A DNA stretch of 36,058 nucleotides from a virus (Duplodnaviria > Caudoviricetes): positions 1 to 36,058 of IMG/VR virus record IMGVR_UViG_3300012894_000015; one strand, 5' to 3'. Made by a program: the position numbers and the translations under genes. The notes under the pieces were generated by a model that did not search any database, was not told the DNA's origin, and worked only from the letters and a program-made list of their open reading frames with translations. Shown in pieces: positions 18,201 to 27,690 of the stretch (position 1 is its first letter; the number at the start of each line of letters is the position of its first letter).

Positions 18201-21200
18201 CAATCCGGAGAGCGCCGCCGCCATCAAGGCAGTGGACGCTGCCAGAGTGGCAATGGACGGCTGGAGCAAGGCCAGTGAGGGGAACGCCCGCGCCCTGGCT
18301 ATCGTGCAGGAAAACCAGAAGGGAGCGGCGCGTGCTGCTGGTCAGTACGTGGTGACTCAGGCCGACCTGAACACGTATGGTGCGAAGGCGCTGCAGCTGA
18401 TCAAGGCGCAGGAGGTAGCCAATAAGAGCGGCAACGATGCTGCTATCGCCAGAGCGAACGCGGACATGGCGGCTTTCACGAAAGACAGCGCGCGACGCGC
18501 CGCTGTCGTGCAGGTCGAGCAGGCCGCGTATCAGTCCCGTCAGCAGGCGTCGAAGCAGTCTGAACAGGAGAACGCGGCGAATGCCCTGGCCCTTGCCGAG
18601 AAGGTTGCACAGGGGAAGGTCACGGCCACTCAGACCGTCCTCGAACGGCTCAAGCAGGCTCAGAGCGACGAGCTGGCCGGAGCCGACACCAATGCCCGGA
18701 AGCTCGCGGTCATTCAGAAGACCAGTGCAGCAATCTACAAAGGGGAGCTGGCCCTGGCGGAGGCCGAGCGTCAGAAGGCCTATGCGGCGGCCGAGGGGGA
18801 CAAGACGCCGGCCCTCAAGGCCCAGGACCGAGCAGACGCCGACGCGGCCTACGAGAAGGCCAAGGCGGCCGCAGGTCTGGAACAGACCCGGGCGCTCAAC
18901 GCTGCCCAGAGAAGTGCAGAGGAGGATCACAAGAGGGCCGTAGAAGCTCAGGAGAAGGCCCGGCAGCAAGTGGTGCAGCAAGCCCGTGATCTTGACCTGA
19001 AGGGCGCGCAGCTCAGCTTCAGCCGCCTGAAACAGCTGCGTGACGCCGAGCTTCGAGATGCAGGCGACAACGTGGTGAAGAAGCTGGCGATCCAAGAGCG
19101 GTACCGGCTCGACCTCCAGCACAGTCAGGAAGCTATCGCCCTCACGCAGCTCAAGATCGATAAGGCGGCGGCAAATAGCGGCCCGGCCCAGAACCGAGCG
19201 AAGGGCATCAGCAACGCTTACACCACCTACTACCAGGCGCTCTTCGACGCGAAGGACACGTCCGAGGTCACAAAAGCCACCAGCGATCAGACCGACGCCG
19301 TGCGCAAGCAGCGCGACGCCTACAGCAAGCTGGCTGACCAGATGCGTGACGCGGTCAAGGCGGGCGGCATGGACGCCGAGGCTAAGCACGAATGGATGGT
19401 GGCCTTCAACAGTCTTGGAAGGGAGACCGAGAAACTGGGTCTGACGAACGACCATTACGTCGAGGGGGCACGCAAAGCCACCTTTGCCCTGACGACTCAG
19501 TCGGACAGCATTCGCGCTTCGCTCGGCAGCATTAACGAGGCCGTGACCCAGACCGATACGCTGCTCGACGGTCTGGACGCTCGGTTGCAGGACATGCGAG
19601 AGACAGAGCAGGTCGTCAGCGACCTGCGGCAGGCGGCCCTGGGTCAGGGCATCCCGCTTAGCGCGCCGCCGATCGACAACCGGGAGACCGACCCGACCCC
19701 CCGGCCCAACTCGGCGGCCAGCGATTATTTACAGGCGCTCGGCTTAGCTCCCGACGCCTTTGCCGCGCTGGCCAGCACCACCATCCCCGACGCCATGCAG
19801 GAGGCCACCACTCCCGAACAGTACGCAGGCCTGGGAGCAGTGGTGTTGCGCGGCCTCGTGGATGGGTTGGCCGACAAGACCGGCTGGGAGAAAGTGCGGG
19901 ACGCTATGCAGCTCGGGCTGAATCAAGCGCTGGAGACCGACAGTCTGGTGATGCAGGCTCCGGTAGTGCCGGGCGTCCGAACCGGCAACGAGCGCGACGA
20001 TTACGTGGGCTTTGGTGATCAGCTCACGCCAGCCCCTCAGACGGACTGGGAGAAGAATCAGACCCAGATCAACCGGCAGGGCATCTTCGACAGCCTGAAG
20101 AGTATGGATCGAGAGCAGCTCGATGCAGAGAAGGCTTTTGCGGCGGGCGCTAAGGACGTCGAGCTGTACAACGCCGTGCTGGCCGAGTTGAAAGACCGGG
20201 CCGACAAGGCGGCAAAAGCCGTGCAGGATCTGGCCGAGAAGATGGCGAAGGATCAGGAAGACGCCACCGCGAAAGCTGTGAAATCGACCGAAGACTTCAT
20301 GAAAGCCCAGCAGCAGGTAGGTGACGCCGAGGCAAAAGTCGGCGAAGCCATGGGCGAGAAGCAGCCGCTCTACCGGAGCGAGATTCAAGCACTCGAGAAC
20401 CTGAAGCTCCAGTACCCGGAGCTGGCCGCCCGGATCCAGCTGGTGATCGACGCCTACCTGCAGCTGCGCAAGGCGGGCGAACTCGACGACCTGGCGGCCG
20501 GGGCCGAGAAGCTCGGTCAGGGGCTGGCGAGCATCTTCGACGGCTTCGGCATGAGCGACTGGGGCAAGATCACCAGTTCGCTCGGCAGCATTCCCAAACT
20601 GCTGAAGAGCGGCATGGACGCGGCGAGCGACTTCCAAGACAACTGGAAGAAGTTCAGCGGCGACAAGACGCTGGGCAACCTCGGCGGGCTGCTCGGCAGC
20701 ATCGGGGGTGCCGCCGGGGTCGTGGGCGCGGCCATCAGCCTGATCGGTGGGTTGGGCGACGCGATTATGGGACTCGACCCGGCCTATCAGCTGTGGAAGA
20801 AGAACACACTCGAGCAGGCCAGTGCCGAGCAGCAGGCGATGGGCAGCAAGACGTACGGAAACATCGCCAACCCTTACTACGACCGACTCAAGCAGGATTC
20901 CGAGGCCTTGACCACGAAGGCCAACGCGGGCTTCTGGCAGCGACTGGGCTGGTCACTGTTCGGAGGTGCACCCGAGACGCTCGACAAAGCCGCCTCAGAC
21001 GCGCTGGTGAAGGCCAGCAACATCTTCAGCGACTTCGCCCAGAGCATCAACGGGACGCTGGAGAGCGTGCTGATCGACGCCACTGACAGTGCCGACTTCA
21101 GTGGGGTGGGAGACGCGTTGGACAAGCAGATGAACAAGCTGATCCAGACCTACGCGCTGAGAGCCATCATCGCGAAGTCGAACCTCAGCAAATTCATTCA

Positions 21201-21618
21201 AGACTTCGCGGACGACTCGGCGGCGGGTAAAGATACGACAGCCGATCTTGCCAACATCCGCGGCGAACAGGGTCGGATCACCAGCAGTTATCAGGCCATC
21301 GCCCCGAGCCTGCCCGGGTACGGCAGCAGCACCAACACAGACGGCAACAGCACCAGCAGCGCTTCGTCCAGCACCTTCGGCAGCACGCCCAGCAGTGTCG
21401 GGTACGCGGTGCCGACCGGGCTGATCGAGTCGGCCCAGCAGCACCTGGCGGCGGGCAACCTGGCGCTCTCGGCGGCCCAGCTTTCCGACATCTCGACCAG
21501 ACGATTCGACGGCAGCACGGTGCGGTTTGACGGCACTGTGGCGCGGCTCGAAGCCCGGCTGGATGCCATGGCGCGCGGTGGCGGCAGCAGCGGGCTCGGC
21601 ACGCTCAGCGGGAGGTGA
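15295..21618 (+). CDS. Tail tape measure protein (TP901-family core) with internal NlpC/P60-like domain
   Basis: GGAGG RBS then GTG at 15295. Core motif GSDAGTSLKTMLQRL in ~16470-17300; GWCARWV...GDVVVY..NHIGIYIGNG at ~17720-18050; long Ala/Gln helical repeats. Confidence 0.95.
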   Translation: MADQTVSYLLQAKTQGLSDLQLFRNELAQLKQIASGFKADVGFGQQQVASMKAATQAVTEQIKAVTQLTAALRAQGRMNTITIKVEGTQKAINDVGTLRTILGALQTSTNIRITTDVTALQAVNTQINTQIAQLTALIAQLRGLGGGGPGPGPGGAGGLPAGVRATILEIERLNNLFTRGQISGQNYSMALTAMQGRLEAARSAAGRGSEDFAAIDKQITKLTQSLRGINTDSLQKVRTDMAGVRTAFDSATAGISRDSQQFRDAAAVYQTGAAQIEARLRAMAAQGNLTASQMGQVNRMLGTLAREQGTLTGGLNPMGLSGNVFNALRAAFPIIQQMGGSLGAAASQGGMLAQGFGSAGAAAGVMGVAVLGATAAVAGIGLVAMNTTKVFASFEHSMQGVKAVSDTSGKTFDALKGQALTLAQTFGVSLETIAQAQEELFKAGRTTEDVMGGAARGVIVLSKATGTDLLNAVSIASSAMNVFGLKGTDMGMVADVIANGANKTALDVNTLGVSLQQVGNVAASSGLNLQETVAVLGMMADKGMAGSDAGTSLKTMLQRLKSPTDEANAALLKHGVAVYDATGKQRDMIDILKDTIGSMNGMTDSQRNAFAQTVFGADAVRSITVMYSNGAVKLDEYIKNVDEKGRAERDAKTRAEGLTGSQEKLNASMQVFKTSVGELFSGPMLNAINNMERLVVSATRIIDNLHGANVELQEWGQQVGIDVSRLSAADQNKAQIDLVQLQGNISVEQRRIYMQELEKFRLSAVQTQGGGTFSGSGPLLPGQTRGAAADAAGLRILDATTTATGNHAADDLIGWCARWVKLTLEKAQPGAKAQIERWFGGDADTVKNRLLASEKLQKYSGNVNDLAPGDVVVYDKNHIGIYIGNGMVRGNNEWGGKNGAAITDEKINSLGSIAGIVKAIDAASGFTARAQKGGATDLTPPVLPITDKQIAQAQKYAAALEAAQKAFKANPESAAAIKAVDAARVAMDGWSKASEGNARALAIVQENQKGAARAAGQYVVTQADLNTYGAKALQLIKAQEVANKSGNDAAIARANADMAAFTKDSARRAAVVQVEQAAYQSRQQASKQSEQENAANALALAEKVAQGKVTATQTVLERLKQAQSDELAGADTNARKLAVIQKTSAAIYKGELALAEAERQKAYAAAEGDKTPALKAQDRADADAAYEKAKAAAGLEQTRALNAAQRSAEEDHKRAVEAQEKARQQVVQQARDLDLKGAQLSFSRLKQLRDAELRDAGDNVVKKLAIQERYRLDLQHSQEAIALTQLKIDKAAANSGPAQNRAKGISNAYTTYYQALFDAKDTSEVTKATSDQTDAVRKQRDAYSKLADQMRDAVKAGGMDAEAKHEWMVAFNSLGRETEKLGLTNDHYVEGARKATFALTTQSDSIRASLGSINEAVTQTDTLLDGLDARLQDMRETEQVVSDLRQAALGQGIPLSAPPIDNRETDPTPRPNSAASDYLQALGLAPDAFAALASTTIPDAMQEATTPEQYAGLGAVVLRGLVDGLADKTGWEKVRDAMQLGLNQALETDSLVMQAPVVPGVRTGNERDDYVGFGDQLTPAPQTDWEKNQTQINRQGIFDSLKSMDREQLDAEKAFAAGAKDVELYNAVLAELKDRADKAAKAVQDLAEKMAKDQEDATAKAVKSTEDFMKAQQQVGDAEAKVGEAMGEKQPLYRSEIQALENLKLQYPELAARIQLVIDAYLQLRKAGELDDLAAGAEKLGQGLASIFDGFGMSDWGKITSSLGSIPKLLKSGMDAASDFQDNWKKFSGDKTLGNLGGLLGSIGGAAGVVGAAISLIGGLGDAIMGLDPAYQLWKKNTLEQASAEQQAMGSKTYGNIANPYYDRLKQDSEALTTKANAGFWQRLGWSLFGGAPETLDKAASDALVKASNIFSDFAQSINGTLESVLIDATDSADFSGVGDALDKQMNKLIQTYALRAIIAKSNLSKFIQDFADDSAAGKDTTADLANIRGEQGRITSSYQAIAPSLPGYGSSTNTDGNSTSSASSSTFGSTPSSVGYAVPTGLIESAQQHLAAGNLALSAAQLSDISTRRFDGSTVRFDGTVARLEARLDAMARGGGSSGLGTLSGR

Positions 21619-21621
21619 ACC

Positions 21622-23256
21622 ATGTGGAGATTCAGAATCAGTGACCCGCGCGGCGCCTTCCGGGCGGCCTATCCGGTCAACCTGCTGCGCGTCGACGGCA
21701 GCTTCAACGCCAAGCGGGACGGCAACGGCGACTGCACCGAAGCCACCTTCAACGGCGACGTGGACCTGCATCCGCGTGAGCTGCTGGAGATTCAGCAGAG
21801 TGACGACGGCACGACCTGGCGCAACCTGTTCGCGGGTGTGGTCGTGCAGAGCAAGAGTCGGTACGGCCCGTCCGGCAGCTACAAGGTCGTGGGGTTGATG
21901 AAGCGGCTCGGCGAGGTCGAGGTCAGGACACTTCTGGCCTCGGCTGACCTGTACCGCCAGGTGCAGCAGCTGCTGACCGATCTGGCGGCCACTGATCAGC
22001 TCGGCAGTCTGCTGGACACCACGCCAGTCTTTCCGGCCTTCAGCAGCGGGGTGACTTCGGGGGCACTGTCTCCGAACTACCAGCATGCCGACGCGGTGCT
22101 TAAGACACTGGCCGGGCGGCTTCAGGATGCCGTGGTCCGGGTCAACGCTGATCGACAGGTGGTGTTCGGCCCGGTGAGTCGCACGCCGCTGCTGATCGAT
22201 GAGCAGACCACGCGGGTGCGCACCGAATGGCAGGACGTCTCAGCCGAGGAACTGGTGACGCACCTGCGCCTCCTGTGGCCGCGCCCGATGACCGGCACGC
22301 TCATGACTTACTCGGCTACGCCAATCATCCGCGGGCAGACGCCGAGTACGGTGCAGAACGCCCAGAGCGCAGTGGCCTCTGAACTGCTGGCCTGTCCGAT
22401 CCCAGTGATCAGCGGGGTCAGCCCGCCCGACTACGGCGTGAGCGTCACCACCCTGGGGGTGATCCTCGACAGCGTCAACTTCCGGCGAGCGGTGGAAGCG
22501 GGCGTGGAACTCAGCCCGACCGCCACCATCGTCAGCAGTGGAGGGCAGATCGGCGATTACACCCCGAGCGGTGACGAGAAGGCCCTGTACGACGGGGACC
22601 GAAGCAGCGCTCTGACCTTGATTCCCGACTCTGTCAATCACGGCTGGCTGGGCATTCAGATGCAGCTGACATACCCGGCTCAAGGGGGTGAGATCCCGAT
22701 CGGTGTGGAGTTCGCGGCCGAAAATCTTGCCCTCTCCCGGATCCTCATCTCCGACGGGCAGGCCAGCTTCAGGGTCGTCTCGCCAGCCGGGAACAACGGG
22801 TACTTCCTGCTGCCCGACGAGGCGAGAGCCGCCCTGCGGCAGAGTGTTGGTTCGAAGGCCTGGACCCTGACCATCCAGGCCACCGTGACCGACTACACGG
22901 CCAACGTGGTGATCAGGGCGGCGGCCCTGCTGTACGTCAGCGAAGCGTTCAGCGCTCCGCTGGCGGCGGCTGTGCTGCGCCTGCCGGTGGTGGCTGCCGC
23001 GGTGGTCAGTGTGCCGGGCTGGATCGAGCCGGTGGCCTACGTCGATCTGCAACGGCGCAGCAAGGCCGGGACGGCGCTCGACCTGGTGACACTGCCGGCC
23101 AGCTACGAGTACATGGTGACGCCAGCCGGCACAGAACAGACACTCGTCAAGCTCGGCCAGCGCGATGACCCGGCCGTCACTGCGGCCTGGGCGCTGATCA
23201 AGGACCGCGACAAGATCTCGGCCCTGGGCGCTGTGCTGGTGAGCAGCAGCAATTAG
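21622..23256 (+). CDS. Tail tip / baseplate hub-like protein
   Basis: GGAGGTGA RBS, position after tape measure, LFAGVV and VNADRQVVFGP hub-like motifs. Confidence 0.6.
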   Translation: MWRFRISDPRGAFRAAYPVNLLRVDGSFNAKRDGNGDCTEATFNGDVDLHPRELLEIQQSDDGTTWRNLFAGVVVQSKSRYGPSGSYKVVGLMKRLGEVEVRTLLASADLYRQVQQLLTDLAATDQLGSLLDTTPVFPAFSSGVTSGALSPNYQHADAVLKTLAGRLQDAVVRVNADRQVVFGPVSRTPLLIDEQTTRVRTEWQDVSAEELVTHLRLLWPRPMTGTLMTYSATPIIRGQTPSTVQNAQSAVASELLACPIPVISGVSPPDYGVSVTTLGVILDSVNFRRAVEAGVELSPTATIVSSGGQIGDYTPSGDEKALYDGDRSSALTLIPDSVNHGWLGIQMQLTYPAQGGEIPIGVEFAAENLALSRILISDGQASFRVVSPAGNNGYFLLPDEARAALRQSVGSKAWTLTIQATVTDYTANVVIRAAALLYVSEAFSAPLAAAVLRLPVVAAAVVSVPGWIEPVAYVDLQRRSKAGTALDLVTLPASYEYMVTPAGTEQTLVKLGQRDDPAVTAAWALIKDRDKISALGAVLVSSSN

Positions 23257-23268
23257 AGGAGGTGACGT

Positions 23269-23895
23269 ATCGAAAACGTTGTCTACGCCAAAGGTTCGTT
23301 GTACCCCATCATTCAGAATCCACCGCCGGGCGGGTATCCGGCGATTGCCAACGCCAGCGACCCGCAGGCCGACTTCGAGCTGGACATCAAGCGCACCTAC
23401 GGAGGGCAACGCTGGAAGGAAGGCGAGATCGAGAACGGCCAGGAAGCGGTGAGCAGCGCGACGATGCAGGTACAGCTGATGATCAGCGGCACCGATCCCA
23501 GCAGTTGCGGAGTGGCCGCGAATGCCTGGGAGGCTCGTCTCCGCGCCTGCACCCGGTACTACGTCGGCGCGCGGTACGTGACCGTGCTGGGCGTCAAGGC
23601 CCGGCCACAGCCAGACCGGGGGCGGGCAGGGCTCAACCGCACACTGACCTACACCCTCGAACTGCTCGACAACCTCTGGCGGCTCTCGGACGACGATGTG
23701 CGCCCGACTCGATTCCCGATCGAGATGAACGCGGGCGACTACCCGCTCGGGCTGCTGATCCGCAATGAGGACGGCACTTACTCAACGCTCGGTGGCGTCT
23801 CGAACACGCCGGGCACCCTGACCACGCAGGCCGCCGGCCGCACATTCACCTACCAGACGGAGGTCTTGAGTTATGACGCAGCCAACGAGTTCTAA
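23269..23895 (+). CDS. Minor tail protein (possibly Dit-like); probable ATC start
   Basis: GAGGAGGTGA RBS followed by in-frame ATC at 23269. The first canonical start is TTG at 23299, which has no good RBS. Confidence 0.65.
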   Translation: MENVVYAKGSLYPIIQNPPPGGYPAIANASDPQADFELDIKRTYGGQRWKEGEIENGQEAVSSATMQVQLMISGTDPSSCGVAANAWEARLRACTRYYVGARYVTVLGVKARPQPDRGRAGLNRTLTYTLELLDNLWRLSDDDVRPTRFPIEMNAGDYPLGLLIRNEDGTYSTLGGVSNTPGTLTTQAAGRTFTYQTEVLSYDAANEF

Positions 23896-23897
23896 GC

Positions 23898-26006
23898 ATG
23901 GCCGGTAGCGTTCCGGTCGTCACCGGTCAGTCCGTGCAGGTGCTGGCCGACGCCACCCAGTACGCCTTCGATCAGGCGAATCGGGCGAAGACGAGCGCCG
24001 ATGCTCTGCCCGGTCAGATCGCGGCTGGTCTCGCGCCAGTCGCCGCTGCCACGACGGCCGCTCAGAAAGCCGCGGCCGATGCCTTTCAGCTCTCCAATCT
24101 GGCCGGCACGGTCTCCACCGAGGGCGAACTCGCCGGGAGGGTGGCCGGTCAGTACCGGGTGGGTGCCCAGTACGTCACCTGGAACGGGAACGCGGTCACG
24201 GCGCGCAGCGACATGCTGGCGAGTGCCGGCGACGTCGCCCGTATCCGCAACCGGCTGACCGTCGACACCATGGAAACGCTGCTCGATGGCATCGACGGGC
24301 TGGCTTCGGGTGACACGGTGGTGGTGCAGCAGGCGATTCTCGGCGGCGTGTTCGCCATCCGGAGCACGGGCACGGCCAACGGCTGCACGGTGTATCACCT
24401 GGAGCAGAACAACCTCTATGCGATCCGCTTGTATGCCGGGCCAGTGCTGGCCGCTTGGGCCGGCATGAGCCCGGCAGCGAGCGGCACGGTCAACAGTGAC
24501 GCGCTGCAGATGGCGATCAACGTGGGCGGGCAGGTGTACATCCTGCCGGGTATCTACCCGTGGGCCCACAAGGTCATCGTCGGCGCCAAGACGGACGTCT
24601 ATGGCTCTGGGGAAGCAACGGTGCTGCGGGCTACCGCCGACGTGCCGTTCTTCGAAACGTTGCCGAAAGCGGCCCTCCCGAATGATGATCAGGGAAAGAA
24701 GGTGCTAGCCGAGGGGACGTTCGGGGTCAAGATCCGCCGGATGGATCTGGAGCGCCTGGTGCACCCCACCACCACCTGGGAAATCACCCTCTGGGACACC
24801 ATCCACGCAATCGTCGAAGATGTCCACGTTTTCAGCACCGACGACCTTGACCGGAAGGGCCTGTGCGGCATCGCCTGTCTGGCCAGCGGCAACGCCGTCT
24901 GCTTTATGACCCGCCTGACCAACATCTGGTGCAAGTCCGGCTCGGTGGTGATGCAGCACAGCGACTCGCGCATTACCGGCAGCAACTACATCTGGGCCAA
25001 CCGACGCGAGTTCGGGCTGAAAAACGAGACGACGAACCTCAGCGTCGCCGGCACCGACTTCGTGCCGAGTTGGGACAAGTGCGCGATCTGGTGCACCCCG
25101 AATGCCGTCAGCATGCAGGTACTCGGCGACTGCAAGTTCGACGGCAGCTACCCCGGAACGCTGACCGGTGGGGCCGTGCTGATCGAGGGTGGCAGCCTGC
25201 ACCAGATCGCCGGACACTTTTACCAGTGCGGCAAGTGGGCCATCTATGCCTACCAGACGCGGGAGCTCGTGGTTCACCGAAACACCTACGTCGACAACAA
25301 CCGGATCAACGACCCGGAGCAGACGACTGGAGAAGCGGGCCCCGGCTACGGCTTCGCGGACATTCTGCTGGTCGACAGCTTCGAGTGCACCGTAGACGTC
25401 GGCGCACACACGATCAATGGCACCCGTACCCATCGGGACGTGGCGGTGCGCGAGATCGGGATCAGCGACCGCAACAAGATCCTCAACGGCTCGGCCACCG
25501 GCGCCTATGACCGAGCGGTCGTCAAGGTCGGGCCGAATACCGTCGTCAGGGATGTCAGCGGCCCGGACGGGAAGCTCGAATACCAGCCGCTGTTGGCCGT
25601 GGCGGCCCAGAACGCCCTACAGAACATCTCGGCCACGACCTGGACACGGGTGAACATGGAGCGCGTCATCAGCACCGGCGGAGACGACGTCCGGCCCGCC
25701 GCGATGGCGCCCGGCGTCTATACCGTGACGGCAACTGGGCTCTACCTGATCGCCGCGACCGTGGTGTTCTCCGGGCCAAATGGGACCAGCGTCAACGCGG
25801 CCGTCCGGCGGAACAACGTGGAGTCAATGAAGGTCGGTGAGGATGGCATCGTGGCCGACAAGAAGGCCCTGACGAACACCGGGATGCTGGACTTGGTGGC
25901 AGGCGATGTGATCGAAGTCTGGGCGTACAGCAGCGCAGGGACACAGGTCTATGGCGATGCCTCCAACATCACCACCAGCGTGAGTATCCGCCGCCTCGAA
26001 AACTGA
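23898..26006 (+). CDS. Tailspike/receptor-binding protein: beta-helix with C-terminal C1q/TNF-like domain
   Basis: NSDALQMAIN..GQVYILPGIY pectate-lyase-3-type start. C-terminal GVYTVTATGLYLIAATV...LDLVAGDVIEVWAY gC1q pattern. Confidence 0.8.
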   Translation: MAGSVPVVTGQSVQVLADATQYAFDQANRAKTSADALPGQIAAGLAPVAAATTAAQKAAADAFQLSNLAGTVSTEGELAGRVAGQYRVGAQYVTWNGNAVTARSDMLASAGDVARIRNRLTVDTMETLLDGIDGLASGDTVVVQQAILGGVFAIRSTGTANGCTVYHLEQNNLYAIRLYAGPVLAAWAGMSPAASGTVNSDALQMAINVGGQVYILPGIYPWAHKVIVGAKTDVYGSGEATVLRATADVPFFETLPKAALPNDDQGKKVLAEGTFGVKIRRMDLERLVHPTTTWEITLWDTIHAIVEDVHVFSTDDLDRKGLCGIACLASGNAVCFMTRLTNIWCKSGSVVMQHSDSRITGSNYIWANRREFGLKNETTNLSVAGTDFVPSWDKCAIWCTPNAVSMQVLGDCKFDGSYPGTLTGGAVLIEGGSLHQIAGHFYQCGKWAIYAYQTRELVVHRNTYVDNNRINDPEQTTGEAGPGYGFADILLVDSFECTVDVGAHTINGTRTHRDVAVREIGISDRNKILNGSATGAYDRAVVKVGPNTVVRDVSGPDGKLEYQPLLAVAAQNALQNISATTWTRVNMERVISTGGDDVRPAAMAPGVYTVTATGLYLIAATVVFSGPNGTSVNAAVRRNNVESMKVGEDGIVADKKALTNTGMLDLVAGDVIEVWAYSSAGTQVYGDASNITTSVSIRRLEN

Positions 26007-26016
26007 TAGCCCACTC

Positions 26017-26041
26017 AACCCCGCTTCGGCGGGGTTCTCTC
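26017..26041 (+). terminator. Stable hairpin with cUUCGg loop; weak terminator or mRNA stabiliser
   Basis: AACCCCGC-TTCG-GCGGGGTT followed by CTCTC. Confidence 0.65.
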
Positions 26042-26053
26042 TGGAGGTTCAAC

Positions 26054-26398
26054 ATGGCACCCCTGAAGAAATTGACGTACCGCCTCGAAGGCAATGCCCG
26101 GCCGGTGCCCTGCATCTCGCTGGGCGGGTACAACATCCGCCTGAGTGCGCCCGATGGTCAGACGGCCATCCAGATGCCTGCGGGCGCGACCTTCGTGAAC
26201 GTGATCAGCCTCTCGGCGAACGTCACGGTCAAAGCGGGTGACGCCAGCGTGAAGGCGACCATCGCTACTGGTACGGTCGGCCTGACAGACGGCTCAGCTC
26301 CCGACGAGGTGCCGGGGAGTCAGCTCTTCGCGCTCGAAGGGCAGGGCTACCTTGCGGTGGCCAGCGCTGGGGACGTGCTGCTGCAGGTGTTCGGATGA
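26054..26398 (+). CDS. Small beta-rich virion-associated protein
   Basis: GGAGG RBS, ATGA overlap with the next gene. Confidence 0.7.
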   Translation: MAPLKKLTYRLEGNARPVPCISLGGYNIRLSAPDGQTAIQMPAGATFVNVISLSANVTVKAGDASVKATIATGTVGLTDGSAPDEVPGSQLFALEGQGYLAVASAGDVLLQVFG

Positions 26399-27690
26399 CC
26401 GGCAGCAACCTCAGTGGACGTGGTAAGGCTGGCCGGGGCATCGCCGGCATTACCAAACCGAACGCAACCACTGCGCGCATCGCCTTCGACGATGGCACGG
26501 CCCCAGTCGATCTGACTCTGCCGGCAGGACCAGCCGGCCCTGCTGGTATCTCCGGCCTACTCGTCGCCAACAGCACCCTGCTGAAAGGCAACTTCTACTA
26601 TCCCTACGCCGGCGGCTTCAACCTGCTTCGGCCCGGCTCACAAGAGTTGGGGCTGGGCGTCGTGACGCTGGTCGACGTGAACGGCAACCAGATCACGACC
26701 GGCAACGTGGTAGAGGTCACGGGTCTCGGCTTCGTAGACGGTCAGTCGTATTACTGCGAAGAACCGGACGGCAATGGACGCAACTGGGCACCGCTGCCTG
26801 CAGCCGGGGTCACGGCGGCCATCGCGCAGAGTACGGCGCGCGCCTTCTACTACCTCGGTAAGGCTCAGACCATCGGCGCAAAGATGTACTTCGACTTCCG
26901 CTACGAGCCGAGCGTGGCGGACACCGCCTCGGTGCGTCAGCTGTTCAGCGCTGCAGGCCTGACCTACAGCGCGACACCGACCGCCGCTCAGGTGCGTCGC
27001 ATCACCGACGTGGGCGCCGCAGCCCCGTCCGGCACGAGCTTTCAGCTGTACGCCGATGGTGATGCGGGACAGGACGCCACCTTTCAGGCTAGCCCGGTGC
27101 AGGCGAGTGTTGGCGGCACCACCAAAGGTGTGTACCTCAAGGAAGTCGATACCACTCAGTCCAAGCCGCATGGTGGCACGCCTGGGATCTTCAGCCCGAC
27201 TCAGGCAGGTGAATACCTGCTGCTGGTGCAGGCGAGCGAAGGCAGCGGCGCCGCGCTCGGCATGCTGTTCGCTTCCAGCGCGACCGATCTCTACACCGCC
27301 CGCTTCTATGGTGGCGCTCTCGATTACGTGGCCGGTCAGCACTACACCGCCACCGGCACCACGGTCACGGCGGTCACTGGCTCTGACCTGTTCGCGGGTC
27401 ACGGCATCACGGCGCTGGGCAACCACAAGCTGATCTGGATGCGGCTGCGGGTGGACGGTAAAAATCTCAAGTTCAAGGCCTGGAACTACGACACCAGCAA
27501 GCCGTTCACGCCTGCTGGCATCGCCGCCCAGGGCGCCAATGAGCCTGCTGCGTGGATGGTGGATTACACCCACACGGCCGCCTTCCCGGTGGGCGAGGTG
27601 GGCTGGCTTCTGGACAATGCAGAGGCGCGGATCCACCAGATGAGCAAGAGCTACGACCCGGCTGTGCCTGCGCCGTTTGCGGTTTCCTGA
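26395..27690 (+). CDS. Putative fibre/RBP with short collagen-like motif and lectin-like C-terminus
   Basis: GPAGPAG motif. The C-terminal WMRLRVDGKNLKFKAW...EP..W pattern suggests a beta-sandwich. Confidence 0.55.
   Translation: MTGSNLSGRGKAGRGIAGITKPNATTARIAFDDGTAPVDLTLPAGPAGPAGISGLLVANSTLLKGNFYYPYAGGFNLLRPGSQELGLGVVTLVDVNGNQITTGNVVEVTGLGFVDGQSYYCEEPDGNGRNWAPLPAAGVTAAIAQSTARAFYYLGKAQTIGAKMYFDFRYEPSVADTASVRQLFSAAGLTYSATPTAAQVRRITDVGAAAPSGTSFQLYADGDAGQDATFQASPVQASVGGTTKGVYLKEVDTTQSKPHGGTPGIFSPTQAGEYLLLVQASEGSGAALGMLFASSATDLYTARFYGGALDYVAGQHYTATGTTVTAVTGSDLFAGHGITALGNHKLIWMRLRVDGKNLKFKAWNYDTSKPFTPAGIAAQGANEPAAWMVDYTHTAAFPVGEVGWLLDNAEARIHQMSKSYDPAVPAPFAVS

Noticed and set aside
16507-19455. 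982-aa minus-strand ORF, and similar long antisense ORFs at 3966-5519, 13283-14620 and 28131-29333
   Set aside because: Shadows of well-supported plus-strand genes.
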